From: an uncultured Fibrobacterales bacterium
GTDB lineage: Bacteria > Fibrobacterota > Fibrobacteria > Fibrobacterales > CAWVXU01
Direction: 5' to 3'
Assembly: GCA_963934255.1 (NCBI GenBank)
Contig: CAWVXU010000016.1
Coordinates: 1-38,724 of the forward strand
Length of the DNA stretch: 38,724 nt
The translations under genes and the position numbers were made by a program. The notes under the pieces were generated by a model. It saw only the letters and a list, made by a program, of their open reading frames with translations. It was not told the DNA's origin and ran no database searches. Below are positions 17,110-26,050 of the stretch, piece by piece (position 1 is the first letter of the stretch; each line of letters starts with the position of its first letter).

Positions 17110-17862
17110 ATGGATGCTTATTTTCACTATAAAACACCTATGATGAAACGCGTTGCGCGTCGTTTAGAACAATTAGTCATATCTTCATTTATGATTGCCG
17201 ATCAAGTAAAATTAGGTGAGAACATGGTTGAAAACCATCATTTTTGGTTTCAATTTAATTCTGAGTTTCAAGAAATCGCGACAAACTACTTAGAGTTGTC
17301 TTCAGAGCCTTTAAAGGGGCGTGTGCAGTGTAAAGAGGGGTGCAGCAATTGCTGCTCTCATTCACCTCAATCTGTGGAGCCATTTGAATCTCTCTCGCTT
17401 TATATTCATCTTAGAGGTCGCGAAGATTTTTCCTCCTTAATTATTAAGCTATTTGAACGGGAGCAGTCGTTAAATCGAATTATCGATAACTCTTTAGTTT
17501 TCACTCATGAGGGAAATTCAAATGAAGAAGATGTTGAGGACCTTTGGCTACATAAATATTTTGAGTTAAATACACCATGTCCGTTTTTGAAAAATAACAG
17601 TTGCAGTGTTTACGAGTATCGCCCACAAACCTGTCGATTATTTATGTCTATTTCTGAACCGCAGTATTGTTTACCTGATGCTGTCCATTCCCCTGAAAAT
17701 CAAAGTTTCTTGGCATACCTACCTGATGAGGTAGAGTTTCAATTAGAGAAGCTTAATTCTAAATTTGAACACCTAAATATCCCACAAGGGTTGTTTTCAG
17801 CAATTCTTTGGTGGAATCAATTTGAAGGCGAATTTCAGAAGAACTCTCCAGATAGAGAATAA
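17110..17862 (+). CDS. YkgJ-family cysteine-cluster (CxxCxxCC) protein
   Basis: CKEGCSNCC and CPFLKNNSCSVYEYRPQTCR. Confidence 0.88.
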   Translation: MDAYFHYKTPMMKRVARRLEQLVISSFMIADQVKLGENMVENHHFWFQFNSEFQEIATNYLELSSEPLKGRVQCKEGCSNCCSHSPQSVEPFESLSLYIHLRGREDFSSLIIKLFEREQSLNRIIDNSLVFTHEGNSNEEDVEDLWLHKYFELNTPCPFLKNNSCSVYEYRPQTCRLFMSISEPQYCLPDAVHSPENQSFLAYLPDEVEFQLEKLNSKFEHLNIPQGLFSAILWWNQFEGEFQKNSPDRE

Positions 17863-18035
17863 TCATCCATTGCCATAGATTTAGCTAAACTCAAAAAACT
17901 CAAGTGGTTTTAGTGAATTCGTTCGTTTTCTACATAATTGTATTAAAATAATGTCATTTCTCCCTTGTACTTTGGATTCCATTTTTTATTCTTTCCACAA
18001 CTTTTAAGTAACAACATATCTATTTGGAGATAAAA

Positions 18036-19436
18036 ATGACCCCAGCTGACGTGATCAAACTCGCACAAGAGAATAACGTTAAGTTCATCGATTTAGTTTT
18101 CGGTGACATGTTCGGCGCCCTACAGCGTTGGACTTTACCTGCTACAGACATCACTGAAACACTTTTTGAAGAAGGTGCACCATTCGATGGTTCATCAATC
18201 CGCGGTTGGAAATCAATCGACAAATCTGATATGTTGATGATGCCTGACCCTACATCTGCATTTATTGATCCGTTTCGTGTTCACACTACATTAACCGTAT
18301 TTTGTTCAATTCTTGAGCCCCGTACAGGTGAACTATATGAGCGTGATGCTCGTTCTATCGCAGAAAAAGCTGTAAAGTATCTTAAATCAACTGGTATTGG
18401 TGATACAGCATTTTTCGGTCCAGAGCCTGAATTCTTTATCTTTGACTCTATATCTTTCTCTTCAGAGCCCTCATCTGCGTTCTACGCAATTGATTCTGAA
18501 GAAGGTTGGTGGACATCTGGTGAAGAGGGTGGAAACGGTCGTGTTATTCAACATGGTGCTGGTTATTCACCTGCATCTCCCATCGATACTCAAGCTGACC
18601 TACGAAACGAAATCTCACTTAATTTACATGCAATGGGTGTTGTAACAGAAGTTCATCATCACGAAGTTGCTGTTGGTCAATCTGAAATTGGTACTCGTTT
18701 TGCTGAAATCGTACATGCTGGTGACCAAGTTCACAAACTTAAATATGCGGTAAAAAACACTGCGGCTAAATACGGTAAAACTGCAACATTTATGCCAAAA
18801 CCACTTTTTGGTGATAATGGATCAGGTATGCATGTTCATCACTCAATCTTTAAAGATGGCGAAAACATCTTCTCTGGTGATTTGTATGCTGATCTTTCTC
18901 AAGAAGCACTATGGGCAATTGGTGGAGTATTGAAAAATGCACAAGCTATTCAGGGTTTCTCAAATGCTTCTGAGAATTCTTATCGTCGTCTAGTCCCAGG
19001 ATACGAAGCTCCAACAAAACTTGCATATTCTGCAACTAACCGTTCTGCTTCAGTTCGTATTCCATATGTTGCTAATCCAAAAGGTCGTCGCTTTGAAGTT
19101 CGCTTCCCTGACTCTTCTGGTTCAGCTTACCTAACATTTGCGGCTATTATGATGGCTTCTCTTGAGGGTATCAAAAACCAAATTGATCCAGGCGCTCCTG
19201 CTGATAAAAACATCTATGATCTCCCTGCTGAAGAATTGGCCTCTATTCCATCTGCTGCTGAGTCTTTAGAAGCTGCTCTTGCTGCACTTGATGAAGGCAA
19301 AGATTTCTTAACGGCTGGCGGAGTATTTGATGAAGGTATGATTCAAGCATACATTGAATACAAAACTGAGAACGAAGTTATGCTTCTTAAACTTCGCCCT
19401 AATCCGGTAGAGTTCCAACTTTATTTTGATGCTTAA
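18036..19436 (+). CDS. glnA: Glutamine synthetase type I (beta-type)
   Basis: FDGSSIRGW, GPEPEFF, HHHEVA, MPKPLFGDNGSGMH, RLVPGYEAP, NRSASVRIP; adenylylation-site-like KNIYDL; start ATG 18036 (GGAG RBS). Confidence 0.98.
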   Translation: MTPADVIKLAQENNVKFIDLVFGDMFGALQRWTLPATDITETLFEEGAPFDGSSIRGWKSIDKSDMLMMPDPTSAFIDPFRVHTTLTVFCSILEPRTGELYERDARSIAEKAVKYLKSTGIGDTAFFGPEPEFFIFDSISFSSEPSSAFYAIDSEEGWWTSGEEGGNGRVIQHGAGYSPASPIDTQADLRNEISLNLHAMGVVTEVHHHEVAVGQSEIGTRFAEIVHAGDQVHKLKYAVKNTAAKYGKTATFMPKPLFGDNGSGMHVHHSIFKDGENIFSGDLYADLSQEALWAIGGVLKNAQAIQGFSNASENSYRRLVPGYEAPTKLAYSATNRSASVRIPYVANPKGRRFEVRFPDSSGSAYLTFAAIMMASLEGIKNQIDPGAPADKNIYDLPAEELASIPSAAESLEAALAALDEGKDFLTAGGVFDEGMIQAYIEYKTENEVMLLKLRPNPVEFQLYFDA

Positions 19437-19460
19437 TTAAAAGTTTCAAATTGTTGAATT

Positions 19461-19492
19461 AAAAGCCTTTCGCTAATGCGGGAGGCTTTTTT
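19461..19492 (+). terminator. Rho-independent terminator of glnA
   Basis: AAAAGCCTTTCGC-TAAT-GCGGGAGGCTTTTTT. Confidence 0.85.
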
Positions 19493-19687
19493 TGGTGCCG
19501 GGGTGTTTCTACAGAATACCCCGAAGGTCTTTGTATTGTTGTTTTGATTTGAGACATGATTAAGGCACATTGCAGTGGGTTTTATGATGCGGTTGGTATG
19601 GGGTGCTCATGTTATTTAAGCAAGTTTTTATGTGGCAATGAGTGTCTTTTGAGGCATATTCTTTGACATTGCACTGTGTGTATAAAC

Positions 19688-19722
19688 AAAAAAAGGCGAA
19701 CTCTATTGAGTTCGCCTTTTTT
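19688..19722 (-). terminator. Terminator of the L31 gene (bidirectional shape)
   Basis: A-tract, GGCGAACTC-TATT-GAGTTCGCC, T-tract. Confidence 0.88.
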
Positions 19723-19737
19723 AGAAAGTAGAGAAGA

Positions 19738-20031
19738 TTAATCTTCTGTTTTTTTAACTTCTTTTTTACGAGTCTTACGTTTACCGGTATCAATAGAAGC
19801 AAATTTTTTCTCGAATCGCTCGATACGACCTGCTGTATCCAAACGATGAACTTTGCCTGTCCAATGAGGATGACTTTCAGATGTAACTTCACAATTGATT
19901 ACGAAATGCTTTACTCCATCAATTTCGCGAGATTCTTTCGAACTTGCGGTTGACATTGTAATGAATTCTGTACCATTAGATGTATCTACGAAAACCACTG
20001 GATTGTACTTTGGATGTATTCCGTCTTTCAT
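19738..20031 (-). CDS. rpmE2: 50S ribosomal protein L31 type B (no Zn-binding CxxC motifs)
   Basis: MKDGIHPKYNPVVFVD, EVTSESHPHWTG, DTAGRIERF. Confidence 0.93.
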   Translation of the reverse strand: MKDGIHPKYNPVVFVDTSNGTEFITMSTASSKESREIDGVKHFVINCEVTSESHPHWTGKVHRLDTAGRIERFEKKFASIDTGKRKTRKKEVKKTED

Positions 20032-20151
20032 GGTGAGTCCCTTGAAAATTTTTTTGATAAAATAGGTATTATTAAGGGTTTATCAAAGGTTTTACATTCA
20101 AAAGGTGTGTTTATTTCGATAATTGCCTAATTTATGTCTATATAATGCCTT

Positions 20152-20799
20152 ATGCTGCCAGTTTGGGTGAATATTTTGAAAATGAATGGAGCATCTGTGA
20201 ACTGTAAAACAATAAAATTATCAGGCTCATTAAAATATTTTTCGTTTTCGAAGATCGTTTGGTTTAAGGTATTAGTATCAACATTCCTGTTTTCCGGGTG
20301 TGTAGAAGAGCGAGATTCACTCAAATCAATTATCCCAGTAGGAAGCAAACAGTTTCTTAGTGAATGGCCTGATGAACTTTATATCAATCAAATGGATTCA
20401 TTATTAAAAGAAGAAGTGGTTGTTGGGCCTGTTTCTAAAAACGATGTGTCTCTTACTATGGGTGGTATTCCTTCACTCGAAAGTTTGGCTAAAAAAGCAG
20501 TAGCTGAAGGGGAGGGGCAGGCACGAGTGTCTCGCAAGTCACTCACAACTAAAATGAGTGTAGAAGAATTTCTAAGTAAATTTCAAAACAAATTAGATTT
20601 AGTTCGTTCGGGCGAGTCAAGTGGGCGATATGTCTTGGTTTCTAATGAAGGAAAAATCATGGCTATACTTGCAAAGGCATATGGCCACCAAGCCAATAAT
20701 ATTCCTGGGGTTTTGATTGACTATCATTTGCAATCCATCAATCCAGAAATAGACCTGAACAACTTAACATCGGGAACTAAAGTGTTACTTCCTTTTTAG
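20152..20799 (+). CDS. Probable lipoprotein with C-terminal LysM-like domain (start uncertain, possibly GTG 20197)
   Basis: Lipobox-like LFSG-C; C-terminal LQSINPEIDLNNLTSGTKVLLP. Confidence 0.55.
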   Translation: MLPVWVNILKMNGASVNCKTIKLSGSLKYFSFSKIVWFKVLVSTFLFSGCVEERDSLKSIIPVGSKQFLSEWPDELYINQMDSLLKEEVVVGPVSKNDVSLTMGGIPSLESLAKKAVAEGEGQARVSRKSLTTKMSVEEFLSKFQNKLDLVRSGESSGRYVLVSNEGKIMAILAKAYGHQANNIPGVLIDYHLQSINPEIDLNNLTSGTKVLLPF

Positions 20800-21382
20800 G
20801 GAAAATAAATTGTTCATTTTCTAAAATACCACAAGTATAAAATTGCTGCCCGAGTGCGTTGAGTGTCGCTTTGGCATGATGAAGACTTCTGTGAACAGTG
20901 GCTTGATCACTTTGTTGAAATTTCATAAAGTCCATACATATACTATTCATGTCAATATAATGAAAATCATGTCTCTGTGATTCTTTATGTAAAGCCTTAT
21001 TGAGTTGGATAAGGTTGGTGTGCTGAACGGTCCCTATTTCAAATATGAATTCAGGGAAATTAATAACATGTATTTTTGCATCAATTTTATTTTTCAAATC
21101 TTTAAAAAATATTGGTAAAGCATGAAAATCGGTTTCAAATAGCTCCGGATGTATGAGTAATTCATGGCCTAAACAAAAGACAAGATGTGAGGCATTTCGA
21201 CCGACTATATTTTTAAAGCCGGTCTCTACGAGATGTGTGAAAGTGTTGGTTTCGGATTCATAATAGAACACTTCAAAATCTTCGTGACGATGTTGATAAA
21301 TTAATGTTCTAGCAATGTGGCCAAAAGCACCTTCTTTGCCACCGCAAAGACCATCTTCTAAAAATAATATTCTAGCACTCAT
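20777..21382 (-). CDS. SGNH/GDSL-fold-like protein with degenerate catalytic motifs
   Basis: RILFLEDGL (block I-like), HLVFCLGHEL (block III-like), FHYIDMN, TLNALGQQ (block V-like); start moved to ATG 21382, 7 nt after the mscS stop. Confidence 0.5.
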   Translation of the reverse strand: MSARILFLEDGLCGGKEGAFGHIARTLIYQHRHEDFEVFYYESETNTFTHLVETGFKNIVGRNASHLVFCLGHELLIHPELFETDFHALPIFFKDLKNKIDAKIHVINFPEFIFEIGTVQHTNLIQLNKALHKESQRHDFHYIDMNSICMDFMKFQQSDQATVHRSLHHAKATLNALGQQFYTCGILENEQFIFPKKEVTL

Positions 21383-21389
21383 ATGGGAC

Positions 21390-23111
21390 TCAAATCTTTG
21401 GTGGTTTTGGTGGTTTGCCATCAATAAAATGGCTCATTGCCATTTGACGCGCAAGTTCTTGAATATGTTCTAAAGGTAGGGATGTTTTTGAACCATCAGA
21501 ATGCTCAGGTGCCATGTGGATAGTTTGAGTTGGGAAAGCAAAATCAACACCAAGCTGTTGAGAAAGTTTAAGAATATCAATAAATAATCTTTCTTTTTCT
21601 CTTAGCTCAGTGCTCCAATCTGGAACTTTAAGGAATACATAAATCAAAATATCTAAACTAGAAGAACTATAGTTTGTGAAATAGACTTGATAGTAATCTT
21701 TACGAGTATATGGGTGATGATCTATGAGTGTTCTTATGCCTTCAACAAAAAGCTGTATTTTTTCGGCAGGTGTATTATAGGTAATTCCAAGGGTAGTTTT
21801 GATGCGTCGATATTCTCGCTCTCCCATGTTATCTACAGTGGCCGAGATCATTTTTGAATTAGGAAGAGTAACTTGTGAATTGTAAAAGGTTCTTATCCGA
21901 GTTGACCTAAACCCTAGTTTCTCAATAGTACCTTCAACTCCATCAATCACGACCCAGTCGCCAATGTTAAAAGGGCGATCAAGTAATATTGTTAATGAAC
22001 CAAATAAATTTTCAATAGTGTCTTTGGCTGCAAAGGCAAATGCCATAGCACCAATGCCTAAGCCGGCTATCAAATTTTGAATAGGAAGATTTAGTGTTTC
22101 GGCGGTAAGGATCATTGATAAAGCAACAACAAATACTCGTAAACCTGTTCTAACAAATGGTATAAGTAGGTCATCAAATTTTGATTCAGTATTTGTAGCT
22201 TTTGTTGTAAGGATTTCGGCGACCCAATCGACTACTCTCCAAAGAGTCCAAACCAAGGTGAGACTAAAAAATATTTTTGCACTTACATAAAGAATTTGTT
22301 CAGCTTGAAGTGGAAGAGATAATAGCGGCAGAGATTTCATCCAAACAAGAGACATAAGAAGATGACCCATAGGTTTGTATAAAATTACCTTGTGTTTTAT
22401 TCCGACTTGCAGGAATACTGTTTTATGTATCCAATTAGCGGCTTTTGGACTGAGAATTCGAAATATTCCTTGTAAAATAGCGCCTGCCATTAACAGTAGA
22501 AGTAGACCAATCCATTGCCAATTTCTAATGAGTAAAATTTCCTGGCCAAGCCATGACTTTGACCCAAAGTATTCTTCTTTCAGTTTGAATATCAAACTTT
22601 TTTCATGATGTTGAACAACATTCATTAATAATGGTTTGTCTTTAATTTGGTGATAAAAAGATTCTATTTCTCTTAATGTGTTTTGATTAAATCGCCATTG
22701 ACCATTTGCTCCAATTGAAAGGGCAACGGACCCAATCTTAGTTTCAACCAATATGTAGATTGAGTCTTTAGGGCTAGATGAAATTTTATCCATCTCAATA
22801 AAAATTGTACGGTCTAAAACTTCTTTAAGATATTCTGCAAGTATAGGTGCATTTGATTTACTTAAATTACTGGGTAAAAAATCTAAATCAAGTGTTTTTA
22901 TAACGTCTGCTTGACCTTGTCCATCCCATTTTTTAAATGAATTTATAAAGGTTTTAACAGTTGCTTTAGGGCTTGATAATTGGTCGTCATAAGCCATAGC
23001 TGAAGTTGCCAATATGAATAAACTCATGATTAGGTTCATCAATTGCCTTGGCGTATGTGGGAGCTGTGATTGTTTCATCTGAGTTGATTTCTTTGTTGTT
23101 TTAGTTTCCAT
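21390..23111 (-). CDS. Mechanosensitive ion channel, MscS family (YnaI-like) with N-terminal periplasmic domain
   Basis: AGLGIGAMAFAFAAKDTIENLFGS, DRPFNIGDWV, GTIEKLGFRSTRIRT, FAFPTQT; exact start uncertain. Confidence 0.93.
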   Translation of the reverse strand: METKTTKKSTQMKQSQLPHTPRQLMNLIMSLFILATSAMAYDDQLSSPKATVKTFINSFKKWDGQGQADVIKTLDLDFLPSNLSKSNAPILAEYLKEVLDRTIFIEMDKISSSPKDSIYILVETKIGSVALSIGANGQWRFNQNTLREIESFYHQIKDKPLLMNVVQHHEKSLIFKLKEEYFGSKSWLGQEILLIRNWQWIGLLLLLMAGAILQGIFRILSPKAANWIHKTVFLQVGIKHKVILYKPMGHLLMSLVWMKSLPLLSLPLQAEQILYVSAKIFFSLTLVWTLWRVVDWVAEILTTKATNTESKFDDLLIPFVRTGLRVFVVALSMILTAETLNLPIQNLIAGLGIGAMAFAFAAKDTIENLFGSLTILLDRPFNIGDWVVIDGVEGTIEKLGFRSTRIRTFYNSQVTLPNSKMISATVDNMGEREYRRIKTTLGITYNTPAEKIQLFVEGIRTLIDHHPYTRKDYYQVYFTNYSSSSLDILIYVFLKVPDWSTELREKERLFIDILKLSQQLGVDFAFPTQTIHMAPEHSDGSKTSLPLEHIQELARQMAMSHFIDGKPPKPPKI

Positions 23112-24261
23112 TAAAATGCTCGACGACCTCACCAATAATGATGGACAAGGGTGATTTTAATGAGGTTTCGTGAAGTTGATTGATTGGAAGGATTTCAATT
23201 TCTTGGTCCTCTAGGCTGGCATTGTAAACGAGTGCAACTTTGAGTTTTGGATCAAGGCCTAATTGGACCAATTTGTTGGATAAGTATTCAAGTTTACTGG
23301 CTCCCATATATAGCACGAGAGTACCCTCTGATGGGATTTCCTCTAGCTCAGTATCAACATGGTGAGCACTCATGAAGGTGAGTCTGCGGCTCACTCCTCG
23401 ATGGGTGAGAGGTGTGAGCGCTTCAGCCGAGGCGCTCAAGGATGAGGTAATGCCTGGTACAACTTTTACTTCAATCCCGTTTTTTCTAAGAAATTGCAAT
23501 TCCTCACCGCCCCTGCCGAATATAAAAGGGTCACCGCCCTTTAGTCTTAAAACGCGATTTGAATTTTGTGCGGATTCAAGGAGTAGCAGGTTGATTTCAT
23601 CCTGATTTTTATAATGTTTACCTTTTCGTTTACCTACATAAATTTTGGTGGCAGAGCACATGTCAAGAATTTCATTACCTATGAGATCATCATAAAATAT
23701 GACATCGGCTTGTTTGATTAATTTATATGCCCTTAAGGTCATTAAATCAATTGCCCCTGGGCCAAATCCTACAAGCTGAACTTGACCAGGTAAAAATTCA
23801 GGTTCCCTTAATAAAGGTACAATCCAATTTTTTAATAAGATAGACTGGTGTTTGTCGGCTTGATTATGGGATATAGAAACTTTGAATTCATCAGTATGAA
23901 TGGTAGCCTGAAAATGAAAATCACTGAGACCGGGAATATCTGCTCGGTAAGCTAGCATTCCAAGACATCTGGCCTGTGATTGTATGTTTGAATTAGTTTC
24001 CTTATCAGGTGTGCAGGCAAGCACGATGTCTCCGTGGTTTACCTCATATTCGGTAAGTTGACTTGTGCCTAGGAATTCTTCTTTAATCCACCTAATTCGG
24101 TTTTTTAATATAAAGGTGCCGAGTTCAGTACTTACTTCGGGGCTGACGATGATCAGTTCAACATCGTTTTTAACCAAAGTCTTACATTTTAGGGTTGCTG
24201 CATGCCCACCACCAATACAAAGTACTTTTTTGTTTTTAGTGTTGAGGACGATATTTAACAT
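23101..24261 (-). CDS. cysG: Siroheme synthase-like fusion (shortened precorrin-2 dehydrogenase part plus uroporphyrinogen-III C-methyltransferase)
   Basis: N-terminal IGGGHAA Rossmann motif; C-terminal LVGFGPG, RLKGGDPFIFGRGGEE, VVPGITS, TLVLYMG. Confidence 0.85.
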   Translation of the reverse strand: MLNIVLNTKNKKVLCIGGGHAATLKCKTLVKNDVELIIVSPEVSTELGTFILKNRIRWIKEEFLGTSQLTEYEVNHGDIVLACTPDKETNSNIQSQARCLGMLAYRADIPGLSDFHFQATIHTDEFKVSISHNQADKHQSILLKNWIVPLLREPEFLPGQVQLVGFGPGAIDLMTLRAYKLIKQADVIFYDDLIGNEILDMCSATKIYVGKRKGKHYKNQDEINLLLLESAQNSNRVLRLKGGDPFIFGRGGEELQFLRKNGIEVKVVPGITSSLSASAEALTPLTHRGVSRRLTFMSAHHVDTELEEIPSEGTLVLYMGASKLEYLSNKLVQLGLDPKLKVALVYNASLEDQEIEILPINQLHETSLKSPLSIIIGEVVEHFNGN

Positions 24262-24301
24262 CTAGGTCTCACAAGTTTCTTTAGTATTGTTTGAATATTA
24301 G

Positions 24302-25066
24302 TTATTGATTGCTATGGTGTTCAGGGTGGTCAATTGGCAAATCTTTGGTGCGAAGCATTTTCCCATCAACAAAATGTAAACCACATTCTTTTTGATCTGG
24401 CATTTCCCACCACCAACGTCCAGAACGGATGTCTTGCCCAGGCTCAATAGCTCTTGTGCAGGGCGCGCAACCAATAGAGGGAAATCCTTGGTCGTGAAGT
24501 TTGTTATAAGGAATGCTTTCACTTTTGATGAGGTCCCATACGTCCTCTTCAGACCATAAAATCAGTGGGTTGATCTTATAGAGGCCGAAATTTTCATCCC
24601 ATTCAATGGCTTGCATGTCACCTCGTGTAATTGATTGACCTGAGCGAAGACCAGTAATCCAACAGTCAGCGGTTGTTAGCTTCTTACGCAGAGGGGTCAT
24701 CTTACGGACTTCACAACAAGCTTTGCGGTCTTCAATAGATTTTCGAAATAAATTCGGACCTTTGACTTTGACAAGATTTTGGACTTCTGTTGGGTCCGGA
24801 AAACAAAGTTCGTATGCGAATGAGTATTTCTCTTGTGAAGCCTGCATCACATCGTAATTTTCTTGAAATTGACGACCTGTATCCAAAGTGAAAATTCTTG
24901 ATCGAGAATTTTCTTGTAACATCATTTTGGTGAGGACTTGATCTTCTGCACCCAAGGAGGAAGCAAGTAGTAATTTGTCGTAACCAAACTCTTTAAGTGC
25001 CCACTTAATTAGATCTTTGGTATTAAAACCTTTGATGCTTTCTTGATACTTCTTTAAGTCTTGCAT
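24302..25066 (-). CDS. cysH: Adenylylsulfate (APS)/PAPS reductase, 4Fe-4S type
   Basis: LDTGR, CCEVRK, WITGLR, SIGCAPCT, RSGRWWWE, KECGLH. Confidence 0.95.
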   Translation of the reverse strand: MQDLKKYQESIKGFNTKDLIKWALKEFGYDKLLLASSLGAEDQVLTKMMLQENSRSRIFTLDTGRQFQENYDVMQASQEKYSFAYELCFPDPTEVQNLVKVKGPNLFRKSIEDRKACCEVRKMTPLRKKLTTADCWITGLRSGQSITRGDMQAIEWDENFGLYKINPLILWSEEDVWDLIKSESIPYNKLHDQGFPSIGCAPCTRAIEPGQDIRSGRWWWEMPDQKECGLHFVDGKMLRTKDLPIDHPEHHSNQ

Positions 25067-25098
25067 AATGATCCAATGAAATTTGTAATAAATAGGTT

Positions 25099-25413
25099 TT
25101 AGATTGAATAGTCTTCTTTTTTGGGAATTCCAAAATTAAGTCGAGTCCAGAGTCTTTCGTGAAAATAATAAAGAAACGATTTAGTTATAACTTCGACAAT
25201 ACCGATGCTAAAAGCAATCTGAGCATTTGACGTTGAGTCTTTACATAGCCCGGTTTCAGTGCTTTGTCCAAAAAAACTCATGAGCACAAAAGCGATAATC
25301 ATAGTGTCGATTGAGCCAATCAAACGCCAAGATAAAGCCTTAGCGAGAGCCCTTTTTTTTTGCTCTTTAGCGCCAATTTTATTCGATATCTTAGGCATTA
25401 GTGAATCGCTCAT
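25099..25413 (-). CDS. DUF2061-family small membrane protein
   Basis: KALSWRLIGSIDT...KSFLYYFHERLW; located beside cysH. Confidence 0.88.
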   Translation of the reverse strand: MSDSLMPKISNKIGAKEQKKRALAKALSWRLIGSIDTMIIAFVLMSFFGQSTETGLCKDSTSNAQIAFSIGIVEVITKSFLYYFHERLWTRLNFGIPKKEDYSI

Positions 25414-25981
25414 TTCCCTTAATTACAGTGATAGACCAATAATCTTCAACTTTAATCCGTTCAATGATTGAGTATCCATCTGCTTTTAAGCGCATGGGGA
25501 CGTTTTCAATCGGCATTCCGGAATCAAGTAAAAGTTTGAGTTTTGACTTAGCTGGGAGTTTTTTGAGAATCACGCTAGCTTTGACATAATTGCGTGGGCA
25601 CTCTACACCTCTAAGGTCTCGTTCAAAATTTTGCTCAATATTGATGAGGCTAGTCATGAAATCAGAGGGGAGAAGCTGTCCGGTCTGTTTCAAGTGAGTA
25701 AGCTCTTCGATCATACAAATGATGCTATTAGTATCAACGAGTAACTCATCCCAAGCCTCACGCTCCACTCTTTCAATAAGAATAGAGAAATCAAATTGGT
25801 CTATATGACCTAAATTTAGTAACAATTCAAAGATGTCATTATCACATTTTTGTGATATTTCGCCTTTCAAGCCTAAAAACATGCCTACAATGATTTTGCA
25901 GAAATTGGCATCTCGAACTTGAGTTCGTGCCCAGGTTCTGAGAGATTCTATCGTGCTGGCACATTTTTTCATCGTTTCCAT
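25391..25981 (-). CDS. Protein with C-terminal TusA/SirA-like sulfur-carrier domain and a helical N-terminal domain
   Basis: DLRGVECPRNYVKA...LLLDSGMPIENVP...GYSII...WSITVIK. Confidence 0.82.
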   Translation of the reverse strand: METMKKCASTIESLRTWARTQVRDANFCKIIVGMFLGLKGEISQKCDNDIFELLLNLGHIDQFDFSILIERVEREAWDELLVDTNSIICMIEELTHLKQTGQLLPSDFMTSLINIEQNFERDLRGVECPRNYVKASVILKKLPAKSKLKLLLDSGMPIENVPMRLKADGYSIIERIKVEDYWSITVIKGNERFTNA

Positions 25982-26050
25982 GAATTCTTCGTAAGGTTTT
26001 CTCCTTCAAGGTAACTAAATTTGAGATAAATTTAATGAAATGCTATTTTT

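Noticed and set aside
17110..17862. Flagellin methylase FliB linked to the motor operon
   Set aside because: CxxCxxCC/YkgJ proteins are widespread and unrelated to motility in most genomes, and this gene is 8 kb away in a different transcription unit.
19493..19687. Possible sRNA between the glnA and L31 terminators (small hairpin near 19499-19523)
   Set aside because: Only one imperfect hairpin, with no recognisable family or promoter; insufficient support.
19560..19892. 110-aa minus-strand ORF overlapping L31
   Set aside because: It is an alternative frame of rpmE2 that runs through its terminator and has no recognisable motif.
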